A DNA stretch of 62,101 bases, counting the filler. It is 3 parts of 3 records of this genome, joined end to end, with 100 filler letters (N's around TTAATTAATTAA, not from the genome) between each part and the next. Parts side by side here need not be neighbours in the genome. Positions count along the whole stretch, not along the records: positions 1 to 26,597 come from SRR22947727_1469; positions 26,698 to 46,050 come from SRR22947727_1478; 1 more part is not named here. One strand, 5' to 3'. The notes below the pieces were generated by a model. The model had not been told where the DNA came from, did no database searches, and worked only from the letters and a program-made list of their open reading frames with translations. Position numbers and translations under genes: made by a program. Below, piece after piece: positions 21,001 through 31,023 of this stretch (positions within the stretch are counted from its first letter, which is position 1; each line of letters opens with the position of its first letter).

Positions 21001-23189
21001 CCGCCATAGGCACCTCCTTCAAACGCTTTAACTTCCTCTTTGTACTGCGCCGGTTTCAGAAAGAGACCCCATCGATCGCCTCCTTGACCGGTCAGCGACG
21101 CGTCGATGCTGGCTGCACCGCCAAGCCCATCGGCAACACCCACGTTATTGCGATCTTTTACATACTCAGCGGTCCAGCCCGATAGGCTGAAGCCGCGTGG
21201 CGTGTCCGCCTCCACAACCAGATCAATGCCGTTTTGATTGGCTTGGCGCGGCGCAAACGTGACTGGCGCCGACTCTTCGCCAACCCCCGCGTTACTGACA
21301 GCCCGCAGGCCGACACGATAATCGGTGCCATTGGTAAGGCCGGTTAGCGTCAGCGTGGTGTTTGTGCCGCTCGTGGAGGTCCAATCACCCGCTGTCCAGT
21401 TGTTTGCGCTATCCAGTGCCTCGAGCTGGTACTCGTAATGGGTCAGTGGTGTGCCGTTATCCACGGCCGCGGTAAACGCAATGGAGACCTGACCATCCCC
21501 CGCCGTGGCCACCACGTCTGTGGGAGGACCCGGTGGCTGAAGCGGCGCGCCCTCAAAGTCAAAGGTCACGCCGTTGATCTCTAGGTAGTCGATATAAGAC
21601 GTGAACGTCAGCGCATTGTGCTTGCTGCCATAGGCCCATGTGATAGCGGCAATTTCCAGATCGCCGTACCCATCTATCCACTGTGCAATCGGTCGTTTCT
21701 GATGTGTGCCGGGATTAATCGGCGAAAAGGCATCGAGCGGGCCATTGTGGCGGAACTGTGAGCCACCATCCGTGAAATCAACCGTCACCGTGTCCCATTC
21801 ACCGGGAGTCAGCTTCTGGTTTTTGCGCAGAAAAGCCAGGCGCTCGTATTTTTTATAGGGAATGAGCTTGGTCTCACCATTCCCCCCGATGTTGATATTG
21901 GGCTTTGCCCTTAAAGTCACACTAAATCGTGGGTAGGTCAGCGGGTCGCTATGATGGATGCGCCAGCTGACGCTGGTGAGGTCTCTCAGGTAGCGGAGAT
22001 CCTGCAGTGCCGGCGGGAAATCCTGTTGCCGCAGCTTGACTACCCGCTTATTACCCATCTGACCTGCCAGCGTAAAATTAAGCGACGCGGAGCCGCCCAA
22101 GGCATCGGCAATGCCGGTAATGGGGGCCTCTCCCGGCGCGGAGACGTCTGGGGTTGCGTTAAATTTCCACTCGTAGAAATCAGCCTGAGCGTTGGCTGTC
22201 AGCTTAACCGGCGCTTTCGGGGTGAAGTCCACCGAGGCAGATTCTCCCTCGCCTGCCGCGCTCACCGCCCGCAGCGAGGCCGTATAGCGGGTGCCATTGG
22301 TCAGGCCAGTAAGGACGATCGGTGACGCCGATTTACCCGCCGATTGCCAATCACCGCCACCCAAACGGTACTCATAGTCACTAATGGGGTTGCCATGGTC
22401 TTTGCCCGGTGTAAACGAGAGACTCACGGCACCATCACCAGGTGTTGCCCTCAATCCCTCGGGTGCATTCGGCGCTTGCGGCACGGCCGCCTCAAAGTCG
22501 AAGGTGGTGCCATTGACTTCAACGTAGTCGACGTACGAGGAATACTGCTTACCCGGGCTGTTGTACTGGATTTGGATTTTGTGAATTGCGTAGGTACCAA
22601 TGGTGTTCTGCCACTGTGCGAACGTGCGCGTCGTTTTATTAGGGGCATTGCTCGGAACCAGCTTGGCGCCATTGGTCGTGAAATTTGAGGTGTTCCAGTT
22701 GACCTCAACGCGATCCCACTGTCCGGGCGTAACGGCCACGTTCTGGGGTCTGAAGTAGATGGCCTCGCGCTGCAAGGTGTTGCCTTCCATCCACTCTACC
22801 CATACGGCGATCTTGGGGTAGTCTCCAGCGGTGCTGTGGTTCACATACCAGCTCATGCTGGTGAGATCGTTGAGCGTGAAAACCGTGCTCATCGATGTCG
22901 GAAAATCACTCCTCGCAAGCCTGACACCCCGGCTACTGTCGCTGCCCAGTGTGGTGCTGAAGTTCAGTGAGGCATTGCCGCCAGCATGATCACCCATGCC
23001 GCGAATGGGGGCTTCACCGCTCCGATTGATGTCGGGACGGGCGTTGAATCCCCAGCCCTGTGTGGCGGAGCCGTCGACCACCAAGGTCTGTTGGCTCAGG
23101 GCGACATCGGGGAACAAAGCGAACAGCAGAAAGACGACAAAGCCGGCGCTTATGCGCCGGTACTGCTCAACAATACCGCATAACTTCAT
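18084..23189 (-). CDS. Giant surface protein: four repeated beta-rich domains alternating with FN3, further FN3 domains, choice-of-anchor-U-like domain, C-terminal sorting signal
   Basis: Signal peptide; FN3 motifs (L.ATPGDG..S.SFT, YEY, LTGLTNG..Y..SLRAV); YNLTDNGPLDAD..GEINDP; PVPIPYW-TM-YRRL tail. Start uncertain. Confidence 0.88.
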   Translation of the reverse strand: MKLCGIVEQYRRISAGFVVFLLFALFPDVALSQQTLVVDGSATQGWGFNARPDINRSGEAPIRGMGDHAGGNASLNFSTTLGSDSSRGVRLARSDFPTSMSTVFTLNDLTSMSWYVNHSTAGDYPKIAVWVEWMEGNTLQREAIYFRPQNVAVTPGQWDRVEVNWNTSNFTTNGAKLVPSNAPNKTTRTFAQWQNTIGTYAIHKIQIQYNSPGKQYSSYVDYVEVNGTTFDFEAAVPQAPNAPEGLRATPGDGAVSLSFTPGKDHGNPISDYEYRLGGGDWQSAGKSASPIVLTGLTNGTRYTASLRAVSAAGEGESASVDFTPKAPVKLTANAQADFYEWKFNATPDVSAPGEAPITGIADALGGSASLNFTLAGQMGNKRVVKLRQQDFPPALQDLRYLRDLTSVSWRIHHSDPLTYPRFSVTLRAKPNINIGGNGETKLIPYKKYERLAFLRKNQKLTPGEWDTVTVDFTDGGSQFRHNGPLDAFSPINPGTHQKRPIAQWIDGYGDLEIAAITWAYGSKHNALTFTSYIDYLEINGVTFDFEGAPLQPPGPPTDVVATAGDGQVSIAFTAAVDNGTPLTHYEYQLEALDSANNWTAGDWTSTSGTNTTLTLTGLTNGTDYRVGLRAVSNAGVGEESAPVTFAPRQANQNGIDLVVEADTPRGFSLSGWTAEYVKDRNNVGVADGLGGAASIDASLTGQGGDRWGLFLKPAQYKEEVKAFEGGAYGGRKIDRLSDLTSLSFYTQHSDAVSYPRLGLQIARNTVAADGKTIAQLDVDSRDMPAISTGWNLVTIDFNATRFRSGFLAEGEESESKPLSEWIAQYGDRRINLIRWQTGSDSGETANTTYVDHIEVNGVTFDFEGLPPLPPAAPVNLDAAPGTEEAIIFSFAPGDPGDKPITHYEYSLNGEAGSEATWESLGAIDSAPYQFAVTSGLKNGREDRLSLRAVSAAGVGESATIAFRPRADLADILVIVDEDDPHGWYLAVQSSRYVKDRLQGGIPNNIRGNAYSLNASLADVGDIWRVEISATDLHEGGRVLQKLHDIESLSYEVWHDKVGNYPALSIVVDRLDGQGTETLALQVNQQPLGTAGAWSKVTINPATSRFRHINVNNSNEANAGATYTLDQWTELYGNRAVNRIRLGGPAVVARQSYVDFIEVNGTFYDFEIVPPPVEAPSPVQVAATAGHKQAQITFSAGNNAGATVLAYEYRLGNGAWTAVGDTVAPFTVADLTNGAIYGLVMRTVSAGVGDEVLISDPSESVTFVPVGRPLPPTNLSATVGDGFAVVDFSNSDPNNGAAITNYYVSVDGGEPAPLGDTSGPLTVTGLTNDQAHRISLQTQTSVGLSVPSATLTFTPVSGASPPDAPINVALTPGDKQLSVSFTPGSDNGAAITNYAYQIDGGNWRALSPASTSTSFTITGLENGESYKISVRAINAEGSGANSVPVTATLPRPKVTIITDQNETIDLDITPENGSSCSVKTAALTPAPALESNVKSAYVNMLDFTLTNCKPGETVGVAITLSQDPPANGIPYKYQGGEWRAIEGATIEGRTIRYNLTDNGPLDADPTSGEINDPVAVAVSSGKPERPYDLLATAGDGSATISFTPGNDQGNAITNYLYSTNGVDYTALDPADASSPITITGLTNGEGVSITLKARNSEGDSPASESVVIVPPVATVPVPIPYWVLGLLAGLMGWMGYRRLRLA

Positions 23190-23380
23190 GTTGGCTTTCC
23201 GTAGCAAACAACTTCGACAAAACGCGTTCCGCACCTGAACCTCAAGGCAAGTGCGCAAATAAAGATGTAAAGTATCTTAAATAGAGGGCGTTGTTAACTG
23301 ACTTATGTCCGATACAGTACTCGTTGTCACCTTTTGCACATCACCAGCGCGAGTGCGCGGCAACATTGCTATCAATAAAC

Positions 23381-23406
23381 AAAAAAACCCGCCGAGGCGG
23401 GTTTTT
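23381..23406. terminator. Bidirectional rho-independent terminator
   Basis: AAAAAAACCCGCC-GA-GGCGGGTTTTT between the two surface-protein genes. Confidence 0.85.
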
Positions 23407-23470
23407 CAGGGTTCATCTAAACGCTACCCCAGAAGGCGCGGCCGGCTACCCGCCTGCAGGGCGGGCAGCC

Positions 23471-26400
23471 TCAGGCAGCTGAGAGCCGCCGGTAGCCCAG
23501 CCAGCCCACTGCGCCCATGAGGGCAGCGAGTAGCCACAGCGGCAGCGGCACCGGGATCACCGGCTTAGCGGGTGCTTCGCCCTCGGGGAACGCCAGTGCC
23601 ACCGGGTCTCGCAGCGTGCCCCGGGTCTTGTCCTGGTCCAGATCTCCATCGTCGGTAATGCTGTAGGTCACGGTCTGACCCGTGATCACCGCATCTTGGA
23701 TCACAGCCCAAGCACCCGCATCGGAGATCTTGTACAGCTTGGCATCAGCGGCTATGGCCTGACCGACGTCGATCTTCACCGTCAGCGTCTCCGGGTAGCT
23801 GGTGGGCGAGTTGCTATTTTTGGCACAGTCGACCACCGTGAAGCCCACCGTATTGGCAAACGAGAGTGTGATGCCCTCTGGTGGTGTCGGTGCCGCCGCT
23901 ACGACCGGCTGGCCCGACAGCTTACAGCTGGATCCCGGAACCTCTGGCGTGATCGTCACCTCCTCTGGGAAAGTTCGGATCATGGATGCCGTACCCTCAG
24001 CGCCATTGCTGCTCGCGGTCGCCGTCAGCGCCCCCGCATCCTCCACACGTACCGTGAAGTTCTTGGGGTCACTGCCTCGTGAGGAAAGCGAGCTGGTGGT
24101 CCAGCTCAACACACGCGTGTCCGCATTCCAGCTGGCGCCATCGAACGCGGTCGCTGTCAGACCCGCAGACAGGGTCACCGTGTTGGTAATAGCGTCCGAG
24201 GCCGCGCCGCCCACATTCGCAGGGCCCGCTATCAAGGTGACGCTGTCACCCGCCTTGGCCTCGGCTACGCTGAACTGCGCGGCGGCTTGAATCACCGCAG
24301 AAGTCAGGCTAGTGACCTCCAAAGTCTTCCTGTCGTTGTTGACCTGAGATTTAGACGCCGCCGCCACCTCTGCAATTAGATCGTACGAAGCTGCCGCCGC
24401 AGGAGCGCCAAGAATCGGCTTCAGTGTTTTCGTGGTACCTGCCGGGATGTCGAGGGTCCACTTGATGGCCTGCCCCCCCACCGTGCCACCCACTGCGTCA
24501 CTGACGGTAAAGCCCGCCGGCAACGTCGTCAGTGTCACCGTGGTGCCGTTGGCGTCCGTGTTACCCCTGTTCGTGGCCACCACTGTGGCGGTAAAGCTAT
24601 CCCCCGTCGTTAACGGGCTCGGTGCATCCACCTTGATGTCTAGCTGCGTCACTGAGCCAATCACCGTCGTGCCGGTGGCGTTGGCAGACAGGTTCGACGC
24701 AGATCCCTCAAGGCTCGCAAAGTGCGTCAGCACCTCGTTAGCTGGGGCATCTGCTGCCGCCTTCACCGTGAGGGTCTTGCTGCCGCTCGCGCCCGCAGCC
24801 AGGCTGCCCAGGCTCCAGCTATAAGTCGCACCCGATGCCGATGCACCATCGGCCGCAGTGACCGACAGATTATCTGGCAACAGGTAGCGAAGCGTCGCAT
24901 CGGTCGCCGCCGTACCGGTGTTCTGGTAGGTGATCACCACATCGCCAGAGGCGTCGGGCTGTAGGCCCGCGGGTGCAGCCAAGGTCACACCCAGCTCGCC
25001 AATCGAAGTGATCTCCAGCCGTGCACTGGCGCTGTCAGTTTGGCCCGTGGTCGAACGCACGTGCGCCAGATTCTCCAGCGCCACGGTGCTGGCCACAGTG
25101 GGAATCGTGACGACATAGCTCAGCTCAATCGCCTCACCGACCCCCAGAGAGAGTTTGCTCCAGGACAGCGTATTGCCCGACAGGCTGGCACCGCTGCCAG
25201 CGAGGTTCAGGCAGCTGCCACAATCAATTACCTCGGCCGGCAACACATCAGTGACGTCGATCACCAGATTCGGGGTGCCCTCCGGGTTACCGTTTACCAC
25301 CCGCAGCGTATACGTCACCGCATCACCGATCTCGGCGTAGGTCGGGTTCAGCGTGCCATTGGCATCGGTCACCGACTTATCCAGCGTCAACACTGCGGGC
25401 ACCACGGTCGTGGTCGCCTCGCCGACCTGTGTGAAGTTCGCGTCGTCGTGCTTGAGCCGGTGGATGCGCAGACCATCTTTGGCGTCGTTATCAACCGACA
25501 GCGCATAACTGATGGTACGTTCAGCGCCTGGTACCTGGGCGCCCAGCGTCCAACTCAGGGTCGAGTACGCTACGCAGGGGTCGGGACTGCAACTGCCCCC
25601 GGAGCCCAGATAAGCCAGCTGTGTGCCCTCAGGCAGCTCCGTCGTGACCGTGGCCGGCGCCGACGCGACAGAGCCTGCATTAGTAATTACCGCGTCCACC
25701 CCGATCTGGCCGCCGCGGATCACCTCTTTTGGCGCCGTCACCACAATCGTGGTGGCCGACGCTTCTGCCACCAGCGTTGAGGCCAGCGCGAGCCGACCCG
25801 ACCGCGGGGTGGTAGTCGTGCGGTCGCTGCCCGCTGCCATCGCACCAGCACGCTGCTCACTCTGCAGCCGCGATACCGCTTGCTTCAGCGTGCCGCCGGA
25901 AGATCGGCATGTACCCGGACATCCAAGCTCTCTTCCGACAAAGCTCGCCGCAATCAGGCGAGTGCCTTCCGGCACATCGGCTTTGACCGTCACGCTAACC
26001 CTTTTCGTCTCCTGTTGCTCAGGTCTCAGTGCGCCCAAATCCCAGGTCAATCGATTGTCATCCACCTTGCAACTGTCACAGTGGCTCAAGATCACATCGC
26101 GGGGCAATGACAGCGTCAGAAGTGCTTCAGGCGGTGCTCCTAGGTTCCCTTTATTTTCGACACTCACTGTATAAGTGAGCAGCTTACCGGGCGCTACCAC
26201 CTCGGGGCTGGTCGCGATATCGGTTCGCAACAACGGTGTCAGGCCAACCTCCACCGGAGCAGGTTCAGCAACCGCTATCTGCGCACCGGAGCTGAGTTGA
26301 ACGCGGTTATCGAGCACCGTGCGCACCTCGGCGTTATCGTTAACCTCAAGGGCGATCGTTTGGTCGACCTTACCGTACCGGGGAATTGTCACTGGCCACT

Positions 26401-26597
26401 CGACTCCGGAGTCAGTGGCGGTGCTGCCCGGCGCACCCACAACACGGGTGTCCCCGGGGATATCGTCCGTGAGCAGCGCATTGTTGGCAGCTATGTTGCC
26501 CTTGTTCTCGGCAATAATTTCATAAATAAGCTTCCCGCCGGGCGCCACAATGTTCTGAGACGAACGCTGCTCTCCCCTTTGATCTGTCAGCGAGTCA
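23471..26597 (-). CDS. DUF11/Ig-like repeat surface protein with choice-of-anchor-U-like domain and C-terminal sorting signal (5'-truncated)
   Basis: Repeated PG..LTYT..V.N.G and L.W.LG.L motifs; YSITDDGDLDQD..GTLRDP; PVPLPLW-TM-YRRL tail. The frame stays open to the contig end. Confidence 0.88.
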
Positions 26598-26697
26598 NNN
26601 NNNNNNNNNNNNNNNNNNNNNNNNNNNNNNNNNNNNNNNNNTTAATTAATTAANNNNNNNNNNNNNNNNNNNNNNNNNNNNNNNNNNNNNNNNNNNN
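26598..26697. other. Artificial contig spacer N44-TTAATTAATTAA-N44
   Basis: All-frame stop linker; composition and gene content change across it. Confidence 0.98.
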
Positions 26698-26786
26698 TAG
26701 AAGAAGCACAGTGGGACGTGGGAGATACTATAGAGTATTCAGAGGATATTGACGGATCTATTATAATGAAGAAAGTAGTGACTTAA
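26698..26786 (+). CDS. Partial small protein, AbrB-like (EEAQWDVGDTIEYSEDIDGSIIMKKVVT)
   Basis: Hand translation; W..GD.....DGS pattern. Confidence 0.55.
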
Positions 26787-26815
26787 AAAATCCGCGAAAA
26801 ACCGCGTCCAAAATT

Positions 26816-27106
26816 ATGAGTGAAACACCTAAGTTTGAAACCCTAGAAGAATATTGCAACTGGGGGTTTGAGCAACTATCTCAAGCGTTAGTGCAACTCA
26901 CTAATCGCACGACTGCCTTAGAGCAGGCAGTATCTAAGTTTCCCCCGCCTGGTGCGGATATGATTAAGTATAAGATTCCTGAGCGAGAAGATTATAGTAA
27001 TCTGGTAGATTTGTTTGACAATCTATATGACCGTATTCGTAATCTTGAAGATGAGCGAGACCGTCTAAAGACCCGTCTAAATAAAATCGAAGGGATTGAT
27101 CACTAA
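26816..27106 (+). CDS. Hypothetical coiled-coil phage protein
   Basis: 96-aa ORF with heptad pattern. Confidence 0.75.
   Translation: MSETPKFETLEEYCNWGFEQLSQALVQLTNRTTALEQAVSKFPPPGADMIKYKIPEREDYSNLVDLFDNLYDRIRNLEDERDRLKTRLNKIEGIDH
27077..27083 (+). promoter_or_regulatory. Putative T4-like late promoter (CTAAATA)
   Basis: TAAATA core about 30 nt upstream of a structural gene. Confidence 0.6.
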
Positions 27107-27111
27107 TTGTA

Positions 27112-30100
27112 ATGCCAGCATATCTCCTAGAATCTGCTCGGAGTTTTCCTAACCCTATTGCAGGGGAGGAATATAATACAACCTGGAAAAGACCATCCAG
27201 TGGTGACTATGAAAGTCATTCATCTGGTAATGGACTTGGGACGGGCACCGATTACTTTATTACCTTTGAGGGTAGCGGACCTGGATCCTATCCTCTAGGG
27301 AAAGATGGTGTACACTATATCGGTGATCAAGAGGAAACTTGTGTAGCATACTGCGGATATACTCGTAAACCTGTATACAGATGGTATCGTGGTGCTAAGC
27401 GCGATCACAAGTATACAAAGAATCCTGAGATGATCGAAGCAGATGCAGGATGTGAGAATGAATCGTGGAAGAAGATATCAAGTGGATATAATCATGAGCC
27501 TAGGAAAGGCACTCCATACTTCTTCTGTCTAGATCGTGAGAGGGAGAATAGTGTCCCACTCGTAGTGTGGTATTCATATTGGCCTGACAACACAATGTTA
27601 GTTGCTGGCACTGGTAACCCTTCTGGTGTTAATACTGGTTGTGGTAAAGGAAAGTATTACGAGTGCTATACCATAGGTTATATCTGCACAAACGAAGCGC
27701 AAGCACAGGAATACGGATCAGATGCTGTGCCTCTGTATCATTACCGCTATGGTAGTCAGGGTGCAAGTAGTGGTAAAGATATTGATGACTTCTATACTAT
27801 TAACCCTGCAGAGGAAGTCAACCTAGTTGATAGTCCTATTCCATGTAAGAAACCCATGGATAGAGAATATCAATACATTGGTATCGTTGGGTATGTGTAT
27901 CCTGCAGACGCTCCTAATGCACCAAAGGAGACGGTTGTAGATGTTGGTAAGATAGGACCTACTGGTCAGTGTGTTAATAAGCTTGGTTGGTACAATTTTG
28001 GATTAGACTCATCACCATTTAACTCTAGAGCTTATAACCGAGGCATGTATCCTGCAGGGACTCCTTGGGGATTTACTGGTCATCCTGGTGGCACTCCTGG
28101 TTTGATTGGATTTGGTAATCCTGACAACGCAGAGATGTTAAGTGAAGAAGCAAACTTCGAGTGGATGTATGGACTCAATGGTGCAATCAAAGGTGCTGTG
28201 CCTCGTTTCCTAGGATTTGAGGATTCATATGACTCGCAGTTTTACTATTACTTGTATGATACATCATACCCCTGGAATGGTCCGATCTTTGGTATTCAGT
28301 ATGCACTGAATGATATCCCTTGCTGTCCTAATACCACTTGTCCTGACGAGAATAGTGGCAGACCTAGACCATGTTGTGTGCCCAATGATCATTTTTACTC
28401 ACACTTCTATCAAATTAGGCAAGACTCATGGGAGACTACTAAGACTAAGTGTGTATTAACTGATGAATCTACGAATGCAGTTAACGAATCCTTTGAAACT
28501 ATTGATACAGACAGTCCTAGAATCCTGTTTAGATACACAACACGGACTGGAGACTTCAATAGAGGTGAGCAAATCAACGGTTGGAATATAGTTTCCGTCC
28601 TTTATTACGGTGATCAGCTCAAATGCGGCATCATGGAGTTGGAAGGTAGTGGAAGTGACTTCACATATCTCGAAACTTTCACATCTACAGACGGTGGCAC
28701 ATGCGAAATCCTTGCTGGATACGGCATTGCAGACAAATGTGCGTTTGCTGGTGTGTATGAATTCCCTAAAAAGGTATCATTCTATAAGGTTGAGCTCTCT
28801 CCAAAGGCACTTGTCCCCAATCGTACGCTAGATGAGGCAAAGTTTGAGGCAATTATCAATGACAAAGGTGGTATTGATGAGGTTGAGATCATTAATAGCG
28901 GACGTGGTTACTCTAAAAATGCAAAAATTACTGCAATTACACCCAAAGTCCTGAAGAATTTCTCTGCTACGGACACTACAGAGCACCTAGAAGACCTAAT
29001 CCTTAAGGATCCTGACTGGAATAAGGCAATTGGTTTTACAGAATCCTCATTTGCAGGTGATGATCCCATCAAAGATGTGCAAGTTGCCTCTGGATCTGCT
29101 CAAGGGTCTCTCGATTTCCCTATTGATCACGATAATATTGGGGCAAAACTCACAGCTGCTACGTTAGAGATTTCGGCATTCGATGAAATTGGTGGAATCG
29201 CTGCAATTAGAGTGGTCAAACCTGGATCAGGATACGATCCTGAAGAGCCACCCGATGTATTTGTCACTGATCCTGAGTTTATTGAGTATGAAAGTCCAGG
29301 CATTGGTGACATTGCTGCACTAGGACAGGGTATTTCTGACCAGTTTCAGGGGTTTGATAATAAATTACCTACTGGTGAGCAGCAAGATCCTACGTCTTGG
29401 ATCAATACTAACACTGGAGATGACTTTAGGGGCGCACCTACTGAGTTTCAGTCCCTTGGCACTTCGGGTCTTGGGTCTGCAACCTCCCCTAATCAGGTTG
29501 CAAACACGGGTTTCACTATTATGAATACCCCTGTTGCCTCTGCAGCACCTGATTCTTACATTAGAATGGCGGAGCTTGATGATGAGAATATAACCAAACT
29601 GTGTTTTGACCTTCCACCTAACTGTTTAGAGGTGAATGGTCGCGGTAATGTGCTTGATGCTATCCCCAAACAGGACTTTTGGCAGATCATGAGTGGTCTA
29701 GATGACCGCCTTCGCGGGTTTGAGTCGCAAGTGATGCCTGAGATCTACAAAACAGTCGGTGACTTGGATGCATACCAAGACGAAGTGTCGCATGTTTACG
29801 GTCCCTTCCAGAAAAACCGCTGTTTAACCATGGGACAACCTAAAGTTTACAACATCAGACGCTGGTTTGACATGCCATGTGCGTACATTAGCACTACTGA
29901 GAAGGGATCTGCCACTCTTGACATGATTGAGAAGGGCAGAAACCTTTCCGATGAGCGTGCTTTTGGATATTTGCCTTACAAATACTGCGCTTCTAAAGTT
30001 AAAGAGGCAGAATTTAACGTATCAATCATGGTTGAAGGCAAAACTATAGGATCTTTGGGTGATGATTTCATGAGTTACCTTGAAAATTTCAAAAAACCCA

Positions 30101-31023
30101 AGGTTACACCGCGCAGAAAGGTATCTGGTGGTTACAAAACGTGGAATTGTAGCAACGGATCTGTTAATGGGCGCTGTTATCGTGATCCTAATGACCAAAA
30201 TGACATTATTTTCGTCCCAGTGGGTCTAGATGAGAATACTTTTGACTATAACCGTAGTGGTTTCACGGAATATGAGCAATTCCAGCTCTGGTTAGGTGAT
30301 AATCTGACTGGTGGTGGTCTGACATCCTCATCTTTTGGATTGACTTGGGTTGATGATGAGACAACTACAACTACAACCACAGATCCAAACACAGGTGAGT
30401 CATCTTCAACTACATCTACTACGAGTTACGGTGGCAGTACCACGCCTCAATCATACACTTCATTTACGGTAGATTGTAGTCCTGATCCTGGCAGCACTAA
30501 TGTGCCTAACCATGATTGTTGGGACAAGTATGTACGTGCCTCAGGATCGCCCTCAGACGCCCCTCTAGACGTTTATTGTGGTTGGGATACCAATGGTGAC
30601 CCGATCGCTGGAAATCGCTTCTGGGAGATCAACGGACCCGCTACGGGCACATCACCATCTGGACATACAACCGCCACTGGACCACTGAATCCTTTCTGTG
30701 CAACTTGCGTTTCAGGAGCTGGATATACTGGTGGTTTATTTTACACTCTACTTGGATTAGGTGGTGGACCTCCTGCATGTGGTCTAGATAATGTGAATGA
30801 CGCATCTATTGCTGTTGACCCAACAAGAGTATATGACAATGAGGATGGAGACACGGTATTGAAGATGGGATCTTACAGCGGCACAATGCGTGTGCGGAAT
30901 TGGTTGACTGGTGGAGTGCAAGCACTAAGTAATGCATTAAATAATTTTGGCAACCCATACTTCTCCGAGTGTGATGTTGCTAGACCTGATACTGCAGGTA
31001 AAGATATTAACCAAGAATTTTAA
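27112..31023 (+). CDS. Large Cys-rich putative virion structural protein
   Basis: 1303 aa; PVYRWY/PLYHYRY..DDFYT repeats (DUF5648-like); IINSGRGY/KPGSGY repeats shared with gp7; baseplate context. Confidence 0.75.
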   Translation: MPAYLLESARSFPNPIAGEEYNTTWKRPSSGDYESHSSGNGLGTGTDYFITFEGSGPGSYPLGKDGVHYIGDQEETCVAYCGYTRKPVYRWYRGAKRDHKYTKNPEMIEADAGCENESWKKISSGYNHEPRKGTPYFFCLDRERENSVPLVVWYSYWPDNTMLVAGTGNPSGVNTGCGKGKYYECYTIGYICTNEAQAQEYGSDAVPLYHYRYGSQGASSGKDIDDFYTINPAEEVNLVDSPIPCKKPMDREYQYIGIVGYVYPADAPNAPKETVVDVGKIGPTGQCVNKLGWYNFGLDSSPFNSRAYNRGMYPAGTPWGFTGHPGGTPGLIGFGNPDNAEMLSEEANFEWMYGLNGAIKGAVPRFLGFEDSYDSQFYYYLYDTSYPWNGPIFGIQYALNDIPCCPNTTCPDENSGRPRPCCVPNDHFYSHFYQIRQDSWETTKTKCVLTDESTNAVNESFETIDTDSPRILFRYTTRTGDFNRGEQINGWNIVSVLYYGDQLKCGIMELEGSGSDFTYLETFTSTDGGTCEILAGYGIADKCAFAGVYEFPKKVSFYKVELSPKALVPNRTLDEAKFEAIINDKGGIDEVEIINSGRGYSKNAKITAITPKVLKNFSATDTTEHLEDLILKDPDWNKAIGFTESSFAGDDPIKDVQVASGSAQGSLDFPIDHDNIGAKLTAATLEISAFDEIGGIAAIRVVKPGSGYDPEEPPDVFVTDPEFIEYESPGIGDIAALGQGISDQFQGFDNKLPTGEQQDPTSWINTNTGDDFRGAPTEFQSLGTSGLGSATSPNQVANTGFTIMNTPVASAAPDSYIRMAELDDENITKLCFDLPPNCLEVNGRGNVLDAIPKQDFWQIMSGLDDRLRGFESQVMPEIYKTVGDLDAYQDEVSHVYGPFQKNRCLTMGQPKVYNIRRWFDMPCAYISTTEKGSATLDMIEKGRNLSDERAFGYLPYKYCASKVKEAEFNVSIMVEGKTIGSLGDDFMSYLENFKKPKVTPRRKVSGGYKTWNCSNGSVNGRCYRDPNDQNDIIFVPVGLDENTFDYNRSGFTEYEQFQLWLGDNLTGGGLTSSSFGLTWVDDETTTTTTTDPNTGESSSTTSTTSYGGSTTPQSYTSFTVDCSPDPGSTNVPNHDCWDKYVRASGSPSDAPLDVYCGWDTNGDPIAGNRFWEINGPATGTSPSGHTTATGPLNPFCATCVSGAGYTGGLFYTLLGLGGGPPACGLDNVNDASIAVDPTRVYDNEDGDTVLKMGSYSGTMRVRNWLTGGVQALSNALNNFGNPYFSECDVARPDTAGKDINQEF

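Noticed and set aside
23444-23470. GC-rich hairpin as a REP/MITE element
   Set aside because: Single copy in the window right after a stop codon, so most simply an mRNA 3' stem-loop.
26642-26653. TTAATTAATTAA palindrome as a biological site
   Set aside because: Synthetic all-frame stop linker inside N runs, repeated at 46095-46106.
30355-30430. ACA/ACT-rich repeat
   Set aside because: It encodes a Thr/Ser low-complexity linker and is explained at protein level.
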